Source: a virus. From it: 29,961 nucleotides of DNA. The position numbers were made by a program, and so were the translations under genes. Positions 27,586 through 29,961 of this stretch are shown in pieces; the first letter of the stretch is position 1; each line of letters begins with the position of its first letter. The notes under the pieces are model-generated. The model was given only the letters and a program-made list of their open reading frames with translations, was not told where the DNA came from and ran no database searches. Location of the stretch: the UHGV virus genome UHGV-0134758; one strand, given 5' to 3'.

Positions 27586-27695
27586 ATGCACTAATAAATC
27601 TATTATTTTTGTTTGATCCCTCTATAATATAGGTCAGTAATGACCGGTTTTCTCAGCCGGGCGTTATTGACCATGTCAATTCTGGAGGAGGATCA

Positions 27696-28547
27696 ATGAT
27701 AAATTATGTCTACGGCGAACAACTGTACCAAGAGTTCGTCAGCTTCAGGGATCTCTTTCTAAAAAAAGCTGTTGCACGCGCCCAACACGTTGATGCCGCC
27801 AGCGACGGTCGTCCTGTACGCCCGGTTGTCGTTCTGCCGTTCAAAGAAACGGACAGCATTCAGGCTGAAATTGATAAATGGACTTTAATGGCGCGGGAAC
27901 TGGAACAGTATCCAGACCTCAATATCCCAAAAACTATTTTATACCCTGTGCCTAACATCCTTCGCGGTGTGCGTAAGGTTACGACTTATCAGACAGAAGC
28001 TGTGAACAGCGTCAACATGACCGCTGGCCGCATTATTCATCTGATTGATAAGGACATTCGCATCCAGAAAAGCGCTGGGATCAATGAGCACAGTGCGAAA
28101 TACATTGAGAACCTGGAAGCAACAAAAGAGCTAATGAAGCAGTACCCGGAGGATGAAAAATTCCGTATGCGCGTACACGGCTTTAGCGAAACAATGCTGC
28201 GCGTCCATTACATTTCCAGTAGCCCTAACTACAATGATGGTAAATCAGTTAGTTACCATGTGCCGCTATGTGGTGTGTTTATCTGCGATGAAACTCTCCG
28301 AGATGGAATCATCATCAACGGTGAATTTGAGAAAGCAAAATTTAGCCTTTATGACTCCATAGAACCGATCATCTGCGACCGCTGGCCGCAGGCAAAAATA
28401 TATCGCCTGGCAGATATTGAAAATGTAAAAAAACAAATTGCCATCACTCGCGAAGAGAAAAAGGTCAAATCAGCCGCATCTGTTACACGCAGCCGTAAAA
28501 CTAAGAAGGGGCAGCCAGTAAACAGCAACCCCGAAAGCGCGCAATAA
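27696..28547 (+). CDS. c1: C1-like primary immunity repressor
   Basis: 283 aa (the length I recall for P1 C1), GGAGGAGGA Shine-Dalgarno, basic C-terminal tail. Its cognate operator-like 17-mers recur across the window. Confidence 0.85.
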   Translation: MINYVYGEQLYQEFVSFRDLFLKKAVARAQHVDAASDGRPVRPVVVLPFKETDSIQAEIDKWTLMARELEQYPDLNIPKTILYPVPNILRGVRKVTTYQTEAVNSVNMTAGRIIHLIDKDIRIQKSAGINEHSAKYIENLEATKELMKQYPEDEKFRMRVHGFSETMLRVHYISSSPNYNDGKSVSYHVPLCGVFICDETLRDGIIINGEFEKAKFSLYDSIEPIICDRWPQAKIYRLADIENVKKQIAITREEKKVKSAASVTRSRKTKKGQPVNSNPESAQ

Positions 28548-28553
28548 ATTATG

Positions 28554-28575
28554 CCCGGCATCAACCGGGCATTCT
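28554..28575. terminator. hairpin between convergent c1 and ant
   Basis: atgcccgg-catcaa-ccgggcat in the 32-nt gap between the two stop codons. Confidence 0.55.
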
Positions 28576-28579
28576 TCCA

Positions 28580-29698
28580 TTATTCAGCCGCCACCGGTTT
28601 TAACAAGCCAGCATCGAGCAGTTTACGCGTCAACCACTGTTGGCCTTTCCCCGTTAATTGAGGCGTCAGCCGTATCTGATAGCCATCTTCATCATCCAGT
28701 ACCACTTCTTTCACCGTGAAATACCCGGCGTTGATGTACTGCTGGAACGGCACATTTTTACGTCCGCCGGACGCAATCAGGATGCCGTTCTCCCGTAACC
28801 AGGCAAACAGCGCGTTTTGCTTAAGTCCAACAACCTTTGCAAAATTCCCAATCAGGATCCCTTTAGCTACTGATACCCGGTCGGCAAAATCGACTTTAGG
28901 AGCGGCGGCCACCAGCTGCTGATTTAGCTGGTGGGCTTTCTGTTCCAGAAGCTGCTTTTGTTCAGCCAGTTCGGCAGCCAGGCGCAGAGCTTCTGGAAGC
29001 GTCTGGGGGATTGCAACCGGTTGCTGTTCTTTTTGTCGGAAGTAGCTGTCTTCCAGTTTTTCAAAGAATGCCCATGCCTGATCGGTTTCGAGCATTTTAG
29101 CGTGGCGGGCTGCGCCGCGTTCCGTCCAGAGGATGAGTGAGCGAACATTGCGAGCAATTTTTACAGAGTAGTTTAAAGCTACTCTGTGCTTCAACTCGCG
29201 CAATGATTCTCCTTCAACTTTGAAAAAGTGCTTCCCTTCAACAAAGCGTACTTTGTTCTCATGATGATTCTGGCGAATGCGAATTGTTTCTGTGCCATAC
29301 CCCTTAGCAAGAATCTCGCTCGTCACGACACGTACTCCCTGCCATTCCAGAACGGGAATTTCATCAGGCTGATTTTGAGCAACCACCAGCTCCGATTCCT
29401 GAACTGAAGGTGTATTAATTTTCTCGGATTTAACGTTAGTAGCTTTCATTCTGTGTGCCTCCTTGCGTGTTTCAGCTGCTACGGTTGCGTAATTCAGGTG
29501 CCCCTGTTCGAGCAGGTATTCGCGGATATCAGACAGCAGGATGCGGTGAACCGCGTTCTTGTCCTTTCTCCGGTAAAGTTGCTTGGTGATCATGAAGTAG
29601 TTGGCAATAACGCCCGGTATATCCCTGGTACTGATACAGGCTGTGTGCTGTTCAATTGCCTCGATCATCTCTTCACGGGTGACTAATGACGTTCTCAT
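28580..29698 (-). CDS. ant: antirepressor (Ant1/Ant2-like, KilA-N / ORF6N-type N-terminal region and antirepressor C-terminal region)
   Basis: 372-aa ORF with an in-frame internal start at Met84 (approx. nt 29449) preceded by AAGGAGG, giving a second product of about 289 aa. This two-start architecture matches what I recall for P1 ant1/ant2. Confidence 0.7.
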   Translation of the reverse strand: MRTSLVTREEMIEAIEQHTACISTRDIPGVIANYFMITKQLYRRKDKNAVHRILLSDIREYLLEQGHLNYATVAAETRKEAHRMKATNVKSEKINTPSVQESELVVAQNQPDEIPVLEWQGVRVVTSEILAKGYGTETIRIRQNHHENKVRFVEGKHFFKVEGESLRELKHRVALNYSVKIARNVRSLILWTERGAARHAKMLETDQAWAFFEKLEDSYFRQKEQQPVAIPQTLPEALRLAAELAEQKQLLEQKAHQLNQQLVAAAPKVDFADRVSVAKGILIGNFAKVVGLKQNALFAWLRENGILIASGGRKNVPFQQYINAGYFTVKEVVLDDEDGYQIRLTPQLTGKGQQWLTRKLLDAGLLKPVAAE

Positions 29699-29916
29699 AG
29701 TCCCTCCTGAGCAGAATCGTTAACAGGGAGGCACCAGTAACTGAGAGAATTGCGTGAATCAGTGGAAAAACGGGCAGAGAAAATGCAGGGAGCATCCGGA
29801 AGCTGAGAGCGAGCCTCATCTTCTGTTGTTGCGATAACGAAGTGATAGTGACGTTTTTGGCAGGAGTAAAAGCGCCAGATAAATTCAGGATGAGTAGGGG
29901 TAGGGATAGTAGCCAT
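29695..29916 (-). CDS. icd: small ORF overlapping the ant start (Icd-like, interference with cell division)
   Basis: 73 codons; stop overlaps the ant ATG (ATGA); AAGGAGG before its start. Matches the icd-ant arrangement of the P1 immI region from memory. Confidence 0.5.
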   Translation of the reverse strand: MATIPTPTHPEFIWRFYSCQKRHYHFVIATTEDEARSQLPDAPCIFSARFSTDSRNSLSYWCLPVNDSAQEGL

Positions 29917-29961
29917 AATGGCAGCCTCCTTTTGCTAATTTAAGGAGCTACCGCGTGAGGT

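Overview
This window reads as a contiguous stretch of a P1-like temperate phage or phage-plasmid genome from Enterobacteriaceae. No searches were run; every similarity statement is from reading the translations and from memory of phage P1. The strongest anchors are a near-exact Cre recombinase (25521..26552, -) with a canonical 34-bp loxP site about 420 bp upstream (approx. 26971..27004), an SSB ending DDDIPF, a SAR-type endolysin matching P1 Lyz, a 2255-aa methyltransferase+helicase fusion of P1 DarB type, an Hdf/DarA pair, and coi-c1 with C1-operator-like 17-mers. Gene order left to right: tail-fibre assembly gene (truncated at the window edge) > convergent hexapeptide acetyltransferase > holin/antiholin-hdf-darA operon > duplicated acidic protein > Lc/NmpC-like porin > ssb(-) > lyz > protease and portal candidates(-) > darB and two small ORFs > an AT-rich single-gene cargo > three ORFs(-) in the mat/ref/cra positions > cre(-) > loxP > coi-c1 > convergent icd/ant-like module(-). 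The most interesting locus is 22331..23520: where P1 (from memory) carries the res/mod type III restriction-modification genes, this element has one AT-rich 346-codon ORF with DUF2971-like motifs, a candidate uncharacterised anti-phage defence gene. Other accessory features are the porin and the acetyltransferase. No rRNA, tRNA, CRISPR array or transposase was seen. ORF coordinates come from the supplied track; small motifs were hand-counted and may be off by 1-2 nt.
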